A stretch of 36,550 bases of DNA, taken from contig JAGGSF010000018.1 of NCBI GenBank assembly GCA_021159235.1, positions 1 to 36,550 of the forward strand. Direction: 5' to 3'. Below are positions 17,949-27,286 of this stretch, piece after piece. The position numbers were made by a program, and so were the translations under genes. Numbering within the stretch: the first letter of the stretch is position 1; the number at the start of each line of letters is the position of its first letter. The notes under the pieces were generated by a model, which was not told the origin of the DNA, ran no database searches, and was given only the letters and a program-made list of their open reading frames with translations. Source of the stretch: Deltaproteobacteria bacterium. Lineage in GTDB: Bacteria > Campylobacterota_A > Desulfurellia > JAGGSF01.

Positions 17949-18972
17949 CCACCAACCTCTTCATGGCTATAAAAACCTCTTCCACGGAAATATCCAGCAT
18001 ACACCTGAAGTGTCCTTCACGGCAACGAAAACCTCCGTGTTTTCCACAGGGACGACACTTTAAGCCCTTCCTTTCCACCACAGCACATCTCTTCCTCCAG
18101 GGAGAAAAACCAAACTCAGGTACCGTAGGACCAAATATAGCCACAGTAGGAACATTATAAGCACAAGCAATATGCATAGGACCAGAATCATTGGTTATAA
18201 AAATATCCATTTGAGAGACCATACAGAATAGTTCCTTAAGCTTTGTCCTTCCAGCAAGATTTATGATACGCTTCTCTCCCCCTTCTATAAAAGAGGCCTC
18301 CTCCCTGTCTCTTTCCAATCCAAAGATAAATACCCAACCATCAAGCTCGTCTATAATCCGTTTTGCAAGGGCTTTAAATCTTTCCTTGGGCCATCTCTTG
18401 GTAGGCCACACAGAGAACGGATTCATACCCACCTTCAACTCACTTCCCACTCCATAAGCTTCAAATATGTTGTTACAGAATACCTTTGCCTCCTCAGGAT
18501 AATAAAGTTCCGCATCATAACTCCATTTTTCCTTACCAATATTTAGAGGATTTAAGAGAGAGAGATTTCTTTCCACCTCGTGAATGTGAAGGTCCCTCTT
18601 CACCACCCTGTTGTATACAAAAGACATAGCAGAATCAGAAAAACCTATTCTCAGAGGAATACCGGAAAAGAGAACGAGTAATGAAGTGCGGGTGGAACGA
18701 TGAGGAGATATCAAAACATCAAAGCATCCTCGCTTTATTTCTCTTAGTTTTCTTACAAAACCACTTACACCCTCCTCCTTGCCATGTTTATCGTATGTTA
18801 TTATTCCAGAAATGTCTCTATTGCCTGAAAACACATCAGCATTTTGGGGCGTAACTAAACAAAAAACCTCAGCTTTAGGAAAATTCCTTTTAATACTCTT
18901 TATAAGTGGCAGTGTCAGTATTGCATCTCCCAAAAAGGAGGTTTGAACGACAAGAATCTTTTTGAAATTCAT
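17923..18972 (-). CDS. Glycosyltransferase family 9 (LPS heptosyltransferase-like)
   Basis: 349-aa ORF with KILVVQTSFLGDAILTLPL, NDSGPMHIA, VAIFGPTVPEFGF and CRPCGKHGGFRCREGHFRCM. It lies directly downstream of waaA. Confidence 0.85.
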   Translation of the reverse strand: MNFKKILVVQTSFLGDAILTLPLIKSIKRNFPKAEVFCLVTPQNADVFSGNRDISGIITYDKHGKEEGVSGFVRKLREIKRGCFDVLISPHRSTRTSLLVLFSGIPLRIGFSDSAMSFVYNRVVKRDLHIHEVERNLSLLNPLNIGKEKWSYDAELYYPEEAKVFCNNIFEAYGVGSELKVGMNPFSVWPTKRWPKERFKALAKRIIDELDGWVFIFGLERDREEASFIEGGEKRIINLAGRTKLKELFCMVSQMDIFITNDSGPMHIACAYNVPTVAIFGPTVPEFGFSPWRKRCAVVERKGLKCRPCGKHGGFRCREGHFRCMLDISVEEVFIAMKRLVDEGTRRSL

Positions 18973-18981
18973 TGTATAATA

Positions 18982-20187
18982 TTATAGGTTTTTTTCACCA
19001 CTCATCAATAGCTTCTCAACACCATCCACATAACAGGAAAGAACATCCCTGTAATAATCAAAGAATCCGTCACCTCCCCTGCTCTTCTCCCGTAACACCT
19101 CTTCTATTCTTTCTACCAACTCCTCTGCGCTACATACATAAGACCCCAGCCCCATCTTCACAATTCTATCCACCTCCTCCTTAAAATTATCCATAAAAGG
19201 ACCAAATATCACCTTCCTCTTAGACAGAAGTCCTTCTACAGGATTATGCCCTCCTATATTGGGAATTAGACTGCCCCCAATAAACACTGCCTTACTATTT
19301 CTATAAAAGGAAACCAGTTCTCCATATGTATCCAGGAGTATTACATTTCCCCATTTTTTTTCTGTTCTTTTTCTATAATCAATACCTTCTCTCTTAAGTC
19401 TCTTTTCAAATAAAGGTAATTTCTCTAAATGACGGGGAGCTATTACAATTATTCTCTTCTTATCTATAAGCTTTCTTATAGCCGGTATTATTATATCCAG
19501 TTCCCCTGTATGTATACTACCAAATGTAATTACATCATGCTGTGATGGAAGGGTTATCTCTTTTTCCTCAACAGATGGAAATCCCTTTATATTTCCGCAT
19601 ACCTTTACAATTCCCTTACTACCTGCTATCTTGAGAAATTTCAATCTATCATCCTCACCTTTCACAAAAATACCATCGAACATCTGTAAAACAGGTTTAA
19701 AGAAAAAAGAAAACAAGCGATACCACTTAAAGCTTCTCTTACTCATCCTTCCATTCACGATGAACATGGGAATATGATGTGCTTTCAAAAAATATATCAG
19801 GGAGGGCCACAGTTCTGTTTCAAAAAAAACCGCAAACCTGGGTTTATTATAAAACAGTATAGAATATAAAAACAATAAATCTAAGGGAATAAGATGAACG
19901 GAAGAATACAGCTGTCTTGCTCTCTCAAACCCTGTGTCCGTAAATGTAGTAACCACAACATCTAAAGAAAATCTCCTCTTTAACTCCTCTACCAATACCT
20001 TAGATGCGTTTACCTCACCCAGAGATGAAGCATGAAATAGAAAGAAATTATCCCTTCTTATCCTCTTTGGAAAAAAGCGTTCCTCTATCCTGTATCGCCA
20101 TCTTCTGTTTACAAAAACCTTATAAATGAAAAAAGGGGATAGAAGAAGTAAAGCTAAGAGGGTAAAGAGATTGTACAAGAGGATCAT
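18982..20187 (-). CDS. waaA: 3-deoxy-D-manno-octulosonic acid (Kdo) transferase
   Basis: 401-aa ORF with an N-terminal TM anchor and the HASSLGEV motif. It has a GT30-type C-terminal half (GGSLIPNIGGHNPVE). The ATGA overlaps the msbA stop. Confidence 0.9.
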   Translation of the reverse strand: MILLYNLFTLLALLLLSPFFIYKVFVNRRWRYRIEERFFPKRIRRDNFFLFHASSLGEVNASKVLVEELKRRFSLDVVVTTFTDTGFERARQLYSSVHLIPLDLLFLYSILFYNKPRFAVFFETELWPSLIYFLKAHHIPMFIVNGRMSKRSFKWYRLFSFFFKPVLQMFDGIFVKGEDDRLKFLKIAGSKGIVKVCGNIKGFPSVEEKEITLPSQHDVITFGSIHTGELDIIIPAIRKLIDKKRIIVIAPRHLEKLPLFEKRLKREGIDYRKRTEKKWGNVILLDTYGELVSFYRNSKAVFIGGSLIPNIGGHNPVEGLLSKRKVIFGPFMDNFKEEVDRIVKMGLGSYVCSAEELVERIEEVLREKSRGGDGFFDYYRDVLSCYVDGVEKLLMSGEKNL

Positions 20188-21911
20188 ATCTTAAACTGCA
20201 TCCTGTACAGCTTACGATAATAATCACAGCGCTCAAGCAATTCCCGATGATTCCCGCAATCCACAATCCTCCCATCTTTCATTACCACAATTGTAGGAAC
20301 ATTTAAAATGGTGGAAAACCTATGGGCAACAATCAGTGTTGTTCTTCCCTTTATCAGTCTATTTAAAGCCTTCTGAACGATCTCTTCTGATGAGCTATCC
20401 AGGGATGCCGTTGCCTCATCCAGGATAAGGATCTGGGGATCCTTTAAAAGGGCTCGCGCAATTGCTATACGCTGCCTTTCACCACCTGAAAGTGTAAATC
20501 CCTGCTCTCCCAACACCGTATCATAACCCTGAGGTAATTTCTGAATGAAATCATGGGCAAAGGCGGCCTTAGATACCCTTATGACATCTTCCATATTCGC
20601 TTTCCCATCCATACCATAACATATATTATTCTTCACAGTATCATTGAACAAAAATGTATGCTGTGACACAATACCAATGTGTCTGCGCAAAGAAGTCAAG
20701 TCAAAATCCCTTATATCTACATCATCAAAATATATACAACCTCTGTCTATATCATAAAAACGGGGAATAAGATCCATCAAGGTAGACTTTCCCCCTCCGC
20801 TTTCCCCTACAAAAGCAACAATTTCTCCTGCAGGAATGAAGAGGGTTATATCTTTTAAAACCTCTTTATCTTCATAGGAAAAATAAACATTTTCAAATCT
20901 TATACCCTTCTTTAATCCTTTAAATTTTATTGCATTCTTTTTATTTACCACCGTGGATTTCCTATCCATCATTCCAAATATCCGCTCAGCAGCAGGTATC
21001 ACCACCTGTATCTTACCATAGGCACGAGCGATAGACTTGAACGGTTTATAGAGCATAAACAAAGCAGCGGCAAATGAGAAAAAACCACCCACAGTAATGG
21101 TTCCTTTAAACACCAAATATCCACCAAACCAGATAAGAAAAGCAAGTCCTACCGCACCGATAAATTCCATCAAAGGAGAAACAATCTCCGATATACGCAC
21201 CGATTTTAAGTTTATCTTCAAGAACTCATTTCCTTTCTGCTCAAATTTTTCTGACTCCATTTTCTCTGTGGTAAAGGCCTTGATGACCCTTATCCCCGCA
21301 AATGCTTCCTGAAGAATGGTGGTAATTTTTGCCATCGTCTCCTGTCTCTTCTTACCAACCTTTCTCAAGCGATTACCCAAATTTACCAGAGGATAGACAG
21401 CTACAGGAAAGACAATAGTAGAGATGAGGGCTAACTTCACATTGTTCATGTATACAACAACAAGTAAAAAAACAACGGTAAATGATTCTCTTATCGCATC
21501 CGGTATGGTGCGAGATACAACCTCCTGCAGCATCTCCGTATCATTCATTACTCTGGAGATAAGCTCCCCCGTATGATAACGGTCAAAAAAATCCAAAGAA
21601 AGTGCAGATATGCGCTTAAACAGGTCATTCCTAATCTTAAACAGTATATTTTCACCTACATAAGCTGTGCACCAACTTTGAAGATAAGTAAAAACACCCT
21701 TCAGAAGGTAAACAATTACTATAGCCACAGGCAAAAGAATGAGCATCTGCCTATTCTTAGAGATAAATACATCGTCCAGAACAGGTTTCACCAAGTAGGC
21801 AATAAGGGCAGTCAATCCCCCCACGATCACCATTGATATACTGGATAAGATTAAATACTTTATGTACGGTTTCACATACACAAATAATCTTCTTACAAGT
21901 TTCTCAGGCAT
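20184..21911 (-). CDS. msbA: Lipid A export ABC transporter (fused TMD-NBD)
   Basis: 575-aa ORF with a six-helix TMD followed by an NBD. It has Walker A GESGGGKST, signature LSGGERQR and Walker B ILILDEATS. Its position between lpxK and waaA supports the MsbA assignment. Confidence 0.8.
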   Translation of the reverse strand: MPEKLVRRLFVYVKPYIKYLILSSISMVIVGGLTALIAYLVKPVLDDVFISKNRQMLILLPVAIVIVYLLKGVFTYLQSWCTAYVGENILFKIRNDLFKRISALSLDFFDRYHTGELISRVMNDTEMLQEVVSRTIPDAIRESFTVVFLLVVVYMNNVKLALISTIVFPVAVYPLVNLGNRLRKVGKKRQETMAKITTILQEAFAGIRVIKAFTTEKMESEKFEQKGNEFLKINLKSVRISEIVSPLMEFIGAVGLAFLIWFGGYLVFKGTITVGGFFSFAAALFMLYKPFKSIARAYGKIQVVIPAAERIFGMMDRKSTVVNKKNAIKFKGLKKGIRFENVYFSYEDKEVLKDITLFIPAGEIVAFVGESGGGKSTLMDLIPRFYDIDRGCIYFDDVDIRDFDLTSLRRHIGIVSQHTFLFNDTVKNNICYGMDGKANMEDVIRVSKAAFAHDFIQKLPQGYDTVLGEQGFTLSGGERQRIAIARALLKDPQILILDEATASLDSSSEEIVQKALNRLIKGRTTLIVAHRFSTILNVPTIVVMKDGRIVDCGNHRELLERCDYYRKLYRMQFKI

Positions 21912-22881
21912 TTTCTATCTTCCTTATTAAACCATCCATATCTTCTATCTCCAGGACATAGTCTAAATAGGCACAATCAAAATCTTTTAACTTTATCATA
22001 TCCTTAGGAGTGGTAAGCAGAACATCAGCATTCTTTTTATCCTTTAAACAAATAAGCTTTTCTTTATCCTTATCGGTGTACATATGATGATCCATAAAGA
22101 ATCTTCTACCCACAATCTCAACATTCATCTCTTTAACACTCTCCCTGAAAGACAGTGGATTGCCAATAGCACAGAAGATAAAGGCTTTATGAGGGAAGAT
22201 CCTCTTTCCTTCCCTATCGAATATGCCCACAGATCTAAACATTGCCTTCTTACCCATGTATGCTGGGCCTTCAACCTTCCTCTTATACACTGAAATTATC
22301 TGATCCGCAAACTTTATACAGCTTTTGCTCTCTCTCAAAGCTCCAGCAGGAAACAAGAGTTTGTCTGCAAATGGATTTTCTCCATCCAGCACCAGTATTT
22401 CATAGCTTTTCTTTACCTTTAAATATTGAAAAGAATCATCCAAAATTACATACTTAAAACCCATATCCTTAGCATATTCAATACCCTTTATTCTATCCCT
22501 GGCACTGATCACAGGAACGTTTGTTCTATTTGCAATAAGCAATGCTTCATCGGAGACAAAAGGTGTATCAAAAAACACATCATCTCCATCAGAAACGAGA
22601 ACAGGAACCTTAATCTTTCCTCCATACCCACTTACTATAACGCACACTCTCTTACCTCTATCTTTCAATGCCTTAGCTATCCTTATAACAACCGGTGTTT
22701 TTCCTACACCTCCTAAGGTAATACCGCCTACGCCAATAATCTTAACACCCCTAATCCTCTTAGAAAAAAGATTGCTGTACAAAATTCTGCGCAAATATAA
22801 TACTTTTCCAAAGACAATAGAAAGGGGAAAAAGCAGGGGAAATAAGAGCTTCTGAATCCTACCTATCCATACAATGTTCAT
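21904..22881 (-). CDS. lpxK: Tetraacyldisaccharide 4'-kinase
   Basis: 325-aa ORF with an N-terminal hydrophobic segment and the P-loop GGITLGGVGKTP. RGYG-like SGYGG follows. It sits in the lipid A gene context. Confidence 0.9.
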   Translation of the reverse strand: MNIVWIGRIQKLLFPLLFPLSIVFGKVLYLRRILYSNLFSKRIRGVKIIGVGGITLGGVGKTPVVIRIAKALKDRGKRVCVIVSGYGGKIKVPVLVSDGDDVFFDTPFVSDEALLIANRTNVPVISARDRIKGIEYAKDMGFKYVILDDSFQYLKVKKSYEILVLDGENPFADKLLFPAGALRESKSCIKFADQIISVYKRKVEGPAYMGKKAMFRSVGIFDREGKRIFPHKAFIFCAIGNPLSFRESVKEMNVEIVGRRFFMDHHMYTDKDKEKLICLKDKKNADVLLTTPKDMIKLKDFDCAYLDYVLEIEDMDGLIRKIENA

Positions 22882-23450
22882 AAAACATCACCGATGGAAG
22901 AGTTTACTCTTTCTATGTCTTCTTTGTTGTGAACATAAACAGGCTTCAAAAATTCAACCTCCACTTCACTTAGAGGTTTAGGGACAAGAAATCTATCCCA
23001 ACTCTTGAATTGCCATGCTCTTTTGTATCTTACCCTTACAGGAACTATAGGCACCTTCGCCAGGTAAGCCAATTCCACCGGCCCCTTCTTCATCTTGTGA
23101 CGAGGACCTGTCGGTCCATCCGGTGCAATAGCAATATCACAATTTTCCTCTCTTATTGCCTTCAACATCATTCTAAATGCCCGATAAGGTCTTCTGTGAC
23201 TGGATCCAGGAATATTGCCAACATTAAAAAAACGGACAACCTGAGCAACCAGCCTTCCATCACGATGGGTGCTGGCAAGTGTCTTTATACAACTACCCTT
23301 ACGGAGAAAAGGCATAACAAACATATTTCCATGCCAGAATACATACACCACAGGAGAATGAATATCTTCTCTCTTAAAATCCCACTTCACCCTTATCTTA
23401 AAAAACAAACGGTAAAATTTTAACACCAGAAAGATAAAAAAGGTCCACAT
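22878..23450 (-). CDS. DUF374-family acyltransferase, LpxJ-like candidate lipid A secondary acyltransferase
   Basis: 190-aa ORF with one N-terminal TM. YVFWHGNMF and IAPDGPTGPRHK resemble the lysophospholipid-acyltransferase-like DUF374 family, to which Helicobacter LpxJ belongs. It is wedged between lpxB and lpxK with 1-nt and 4-nt overlaps. Confidence 0.7.
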   Translation of the reverse strand: MWTFFIFLVLKFYRLFFKIRVKWDFKREDIHSPVVYVFWHGNMFVMPFLRKGSCIKTLASTHRDGRLVAQVVRFFNVGNIPGSSHRRPYRAFRMMLKAIREENCDIAIAPDGPTGPRHKMKKGPVELAYLAKVPIVPVRVRYKRAWQFKSWDRFLVPKPLSEVEVEFLKPVYVHNKEDIERVNSSIGDVL

Positions 23451-24547
23451 CAGGAATAAAGAAAATTATAGATAAGCAAAGCTGCAGAGTGAGAAACACC
23501 AGGTTTCCCCAAAGAGCTCCTCACCCCGGATAATCTATCCTTTAAATTGGTGTATATATTTTCATTGCTCAACATATGAATAATTAATTCCTCTATATAA
23601 GACGGAATGGCATTTCTTCCAATGAGTTCTGGAACAATTCTCTTTCCTGCTATAATATTTGGCAATCCAACATTCCTTACTCGATGAACAAGCATTCTAC
23701 CCAAGAGATAACTCAAACCAGATATCTTATACACGATAACCATAGGCAACCCAAATACAGCACATTCTAAGGTAGCGGTGCCTGAAGCTACAATAGCTAT
23801 CTTTGAGATGTCCATCACATGATAGGTATCTTCCGCCACTTCTATAAACGGATATTTATTTTTTACATTTTTTATAAAATCTGTATCTACATTCCCACCT
23901 GTTGCCCACACAAATGTGAATTTAGGAAGTCTCTTCCTTAAATTTTTTGCCGCATCAAATATAACAGGCAAATTGTAGCCCATCTCCTCCTTTCTGCTAC
24001 CTGGAAGCAGCAGAACCACATCCTCTTTTTCATGAATACCTATTTTTCCATCCAGTACATCTAAGATGGGATGACCAAAGTAAAAAATCTTTTCGTGATG
24101 AGGAAAATTTCTATAAAATGCGCGTTCAAAGGGGAAAACGGTAATAATCCTATCACAAAACTTCGTCATTGTTCTCGCTCTATAAGACCTCCAGGCCCAG
24201 AGCTGAGGAGCAACATAGTAGACAACCTTCTTCTTCTTTTTATGAGCAAGCTTTCCCACCTTAAAGTTAAATTCCGGGAAATCAATGAGAACTACTCCAT
24301 CTACATCATCTATTACATCCTTTATCTTACCATATATCTCAAGCACTCTTCTAAGCTTTGGCACCACTTCTTTCACTCCAACCACAGATATATCCCTGTA
24401 ATCGGCTAACAACTCAATTTCATCTTTAACAAGATGTGATCCCAACCCAACAAAATCCATATCATCCAGCTTTTTTAACTCTCTTATCAGTAAAGAGGCG
24501 TATCTTTCTCCAGATGGTTCGCCGCAAACCAAAAGTAATCTCTTCAT
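23450..24547 (-). CDS. lpxB: Lipid-A-disaccharide synthase
   Basis: 365-aa ORF with the N-terminal GEPSGERYA motif. It has the GT19 pattern (YYVAPQLWAWR, ASGTATLE). Confidence 0.9.
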   Translation of the reverse strand: MKRLLLVCGEPSGERYASLLIRELKKLDDMDFVGLGSHLVKDEIELLADYRDISVVGVKEVVPKLRRVLEIYGKIKDVIDDVDGVVLIDFPEFNFKVGKLAHKKKKKVVYYVAPQLWAWRSYRARTMTKFCDRIITVFPFERAFYRNFPHHEKIFYFGHPILDVLDGKIGIHEKEDVVLLLPGSRKEEMGYNLPVIFDAAKNLRKRLPKFTFVWATGGNVDTDFIKNVKNKYPFIEVAEDTYHVMDISKIAIVASGTATLECAVFGLPMVIVYKISGLSYLLGRMLVHRVRNVGLPNIIAGKRIVPELIGRNAIPSYIEELIIHMLSNENIYTNLKDRLSGVRSSLGKPGVSHSAALLIYNFLYS

Positions 24548-25311
24548 TTACAAAAACCACGTTTAGAAGAACGCATAAATTCTAAGACTTTCTTTATATA
24601 CGGAGATTCCTCTTTCTCCAGTTCCTTTATTATTTCTTTTAACAACAGATGAGAATGGAATATAGTCTTATAGGCTCGTTTGATTGTCCTTATATCTTCT
24701 TCACTGAATCCATGTCTGCGCAGGCCTACAATATTTATGCCACACGGTTTGGCTCTATTGCCTGCTACTAAGATATAAGGCAAAACATCCTGAGAGACCC
24801 CACTCACACCACCAATCATAGAATATGCACCTATTCTAACAAATTGATGAACAGCCGCCAGTCCACCCATACAGGCAAAATCTTCAACCATAACATGGCC
24901 CGCTAACTGCACCATGTTAGCCATAATCACATTGTTCCCAATCATACAGTCATGCGCAATGTGGACATAAGCCATAATAAAATTTCCATTTCCAATACGA
25001 GTAATACCCCCACCACGCTTTGTTCCTCTGTTGATCATAACAAATTCCCTGATAACATTATTATCGCCAATAACGAGCCGTGTTTCTTCACCTTCTTTGA
25101 AGTTAATATCCTGTGGAACAGTTCCCAGCACAGCATGATGAAAGATGTTGCAATTTCCTCCAATAGCGGTGTAATCCTCTATTATTACATTATTACCAAT
25201 CCTCGTGCCATCTCCTATTTCCACCTCTTCTCCTATATAACTATAAGGTCCTATCTCCACGTTTTTCCCGATCTTTGCTTTATTACTTACTATTGCCGTA
25301 GGATGAATCAT
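24544..25311 (-). CDS. lpxA: Acyl-ACP-UDP-N-acetylglucosamine O-acyltransferase
   Basis: 255-aa ORF starting MIHPTAIV... It has left-handed beta-helix hexapeptide repeats plus the LpxA C-terminal helical domain (NIVGLRRHGFSEEDI). Confidence 0.95.
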   Translation of the reverse strand: MIHPTAIVSNKAKIGKNVEIGPYSYIGEEVEIGDGTRIGNNVIIEDYTAIGGNCNIFHHAVLGTVPQDINFKEGEETRLVIGDNNVIREFVMINRGTKRGGGITRIGNGNFIMAYVHIAHDCMIGNNVIMANMVQLAGHVMVEDFACMGGLAAVHQFVRIGAYSMIGGVSGVSQDVLPYILVAGNRAKPCGINIVGLRRHGFSEEDIRTIKRAYKTIFHSHLLLKEIIKELEKEESPYIKKVLEFMRSSKRGFCK

Positions 25312-25746
25312 TTAAACCACCTGAGCCATCATAATTGCTTCTGCCACTATATCTTCTTCCACAAATGCCTTTCCTTCAATCTTCCAGATATTCCCTCTTC
25401 TTTTTATTATATTTACCTTCAGCTTCAAACTATCACCAGGAACAACAGGTTTTCTAAACCTTGCCTTTTCTATCCCCATAAAATACACCACTCTATCGCT
25501 TGTTGGCCTTTTCTCGTTTAATGATAAAAAACACAAAACGCCGCCTGCCTGAGCCATAGCTTCTACAATCAAAACACCAGGCATAACCGCTTTATGGGGA
25601 AAATGACCGGCAAAAAACGGTTCATTGTAGGTTACATTCTTTATCGCCGTGATGGAAGAACCCTCCTTCACATCAACAATCCTATCAATGAGTAGAAATG
25701 GTGGACGATGGGGTAAAATGCGTTTAATCTCCTCTATATCCATCAT
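25312..25746 (-). CDS. fabZ: 3-hydroxyacyl-ACP dehydratase
   Basis: 144-aa ORF with [12 protein letters not shown] and [20 protein letters not shown] hot-dog motifs. It lies between lpxD and lpxA as in most diderms. Confidence 0.95.
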   Translation of the reverse strand: MMDIEEIKRILPHRPPFLLIDRIVDVKEGSSITAIKNVTYNEPFFAGHFPHKAVMPGVLIVEAMAQAGGVLCFLSLNEKRPTSDRVVYFMGIEKARFRKPVVPGDSLKLKVNIIKRRGNIWKIEGKAFVEEDIVAEAIMMAQVV

Positions 25747-26777
25747 CTTAGCTTCTCCTCCAAGTCTTCTAATCTTCTCTCAATGAGTTTCATCTTCTCA
25801 TAAAATTGATGCAGTCTATTGACCATTGCTACATTCTTTAACCATTTCCTATGTTCTATTACTGGTATGCCAGAATACATACCCCTTTTCCTAATATCTC
25901 CTGGAACACCAGACTTCGCACCAACAACAACACCATCGGCAATCCTTACATGCCCCACCACACCTACCTGACCGGCTAAAATCACATTCTTCCCTATCTT
26001 TGTGCTGCCTGCGATACCTGCTTGAGCTACTATTACGCTATTTTCTCCTATTTCCACATTGTGAGCAACCTGAACCAGGTTATCTATCTTGGTGCCCTCT
26101 TTTACCAGCGTTTCATCAAATGTCGCTCTGTCTATGGTGGTGTTTGCCCCAATTTCCACCTCATCCTCTATAACCACCCTACCTACCTGTATAATCTTTT
26201 CTCTTGAACCATCCCCCCTCTCCGCATATCCAAATCCATCACCACCAACCACAACCCCGGGTTGCAAGATCACCCTGTTGCCTATCCTCGCCCCTTCCAT
26301 AATCACCACATGCGGATAAATTAAACAATCCTCCCCTATATCCACATCAGAACCAACATATGCAAAAGGAAAGATCTGCGTCCCCCTCCCGATGTGCACA
26401 TTTCTGGCAACATAGACAAACGGAGCTATACCCACATCCTCATCACATTTAACATTACTATCCACATATGCCATTTCACTTATTCCTGTAAAATGTTTCC
26501 GGGGGGGATAAAACAATATTAAGGCCTTTGCCAGGGAAAGCTGAGGATTGGGAGAAATAAGAAATGTCTTGTGTGGAAAAGGAGAACAATCAAAACCTTC
26601 TGGTACGAGAACGGCTTTTGCACGGGTTAATTTCAGCTTTTCAACATAACCTTCATGTACCACAAAAACCAAATCATCCTCCTTTGCAGAATTTAAAGAA
26701 GCAACACCCCTAATCTCCAGTTCTCCATTACCAACAAATCTAACCTGTAAAGCTTTAGCCAGATCAGCTGCCTTCAT
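25743..26777 (-). CDS. lpxD: UDP-3-O-acylglucosamine N-acyltransferase
   Basis: 344-aa ORF with an N-terminal uridine-binding domain. Long hexapeptide repeats follow, then a C-terminal helix. Confidence 0.95.
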   Translation of the reverse strand: MKAADLAKALQVRFVGNGELEIRGVASLNSAKEDDLVFVVHEGYVEKLKLTRAKAVLVPEGFDCSPFPHKTFLISPNPQLSLAKALILFYPPRKHFTGISEMAYVDSNVKCDEDVGIAPFVYVARNVHIGRGTQIFPFAYVGSDVDIGEDCLIYPHVVIMEGARIGNRVILQPGVVVGGDGFGYAERGDGSREKIIQVGRVVIEDEVEIGANTTIDRATFDETLVKEGTKIDNLVQVAHNVEIGENSVIVAQAGIAGSTKIGKNVILAGQVGVVGHVRIADGVVVGAKSGVPGDIRKRGMYSGIPVIEHRKWLKNVAMVNRLHQFYEKMKLIERRLEDLEEKLR

Positions 26778-27277
26778 TTCTTTTTCCTGGTAGATTCATT
26801 GTATGCCTTTATGAGTTTATCCGTTAAATCCATCCTGGGATTGAAATAGACTATTCCCCCATGCACCTCTATCACAACATCTATCTTTTCCTTCTTCGCT
26901 ATCTTGTTAACCGTATCCACAAGGCCTTTCAAAATATTACTTTGATACTCATCGCTTTTATGTGAGATTTCACCTTGAGCCCTTTCTATAAAGTTTTGCA
27001 ATTCCTTAGCTTTTGTTTCATAGAGCGCTTCCTTCTTGCTCCTCTCTGATTCCTTCATTTTTTTAGAAAGCTCCTCACGCAATTTCGCCAGCTCCGCTTT
27101 TTTTCTCTCAATAATCTTTTTCTTTACCTCTGCCGTCTCCTTCAAATTCCTTACCGCAACTTTTCCCGCCTCACACTCATTCAATGCCCTTTGCAGGTCA
27201 ACAACACCCACAGTCAGAGAAAAGGCGGTACCGGTAAAAAGGAACAAGAAAATAAAAGAAAACAAAATCCTCCGCAT
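26774..27277 (-). CDS. skp: Periplasmic chaperone Skp/OmpH
   Basis: 167-aa ORF with a signal peptide followed by a Lys/Glu-rich coiled-coil. The position between bamA and lpxD is canonical. The SD is AAGGAGGTG. Confidence 0.8.
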   Translation of the reverse strand: MRRILFSFIFLFLFTGTAFSLTVGVVDLQRALNECEAGKVAVRNLKETAEVKKKIIERKKAELAKLREELSKKMKESERSKKEALYETKAKELQNFIERAQGEISHKSDEYQSNILKGLVDTVNKIAKKEKIDVVIEVHGGIVYFNPRMDLTDKLIKAYNESTRKKK

Positions 27278-27286
27278 AACACCTCC

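Noticed and set aside
24952-25521. 189-aa plus-strand ORF, the longest antisense ORF in the window
   Set aside because: It is entirely antisense to lpxA and fabZ, which have unmistakable family motifs. The product is Ile/Tyr/His/Asn/Phe-rich junk of the kind produced by reading the pyrimidine-rich antisense of purine-skewed genes. It has no SD or promoter.
24544-26777. Short-period (18-nt) repetitiveness in the DNA
   Set aside because: It is explained by the hexapeptide (left-handed beta-helix) repeats of LpxA and LpxD. It is not a DNA-level repeat element.
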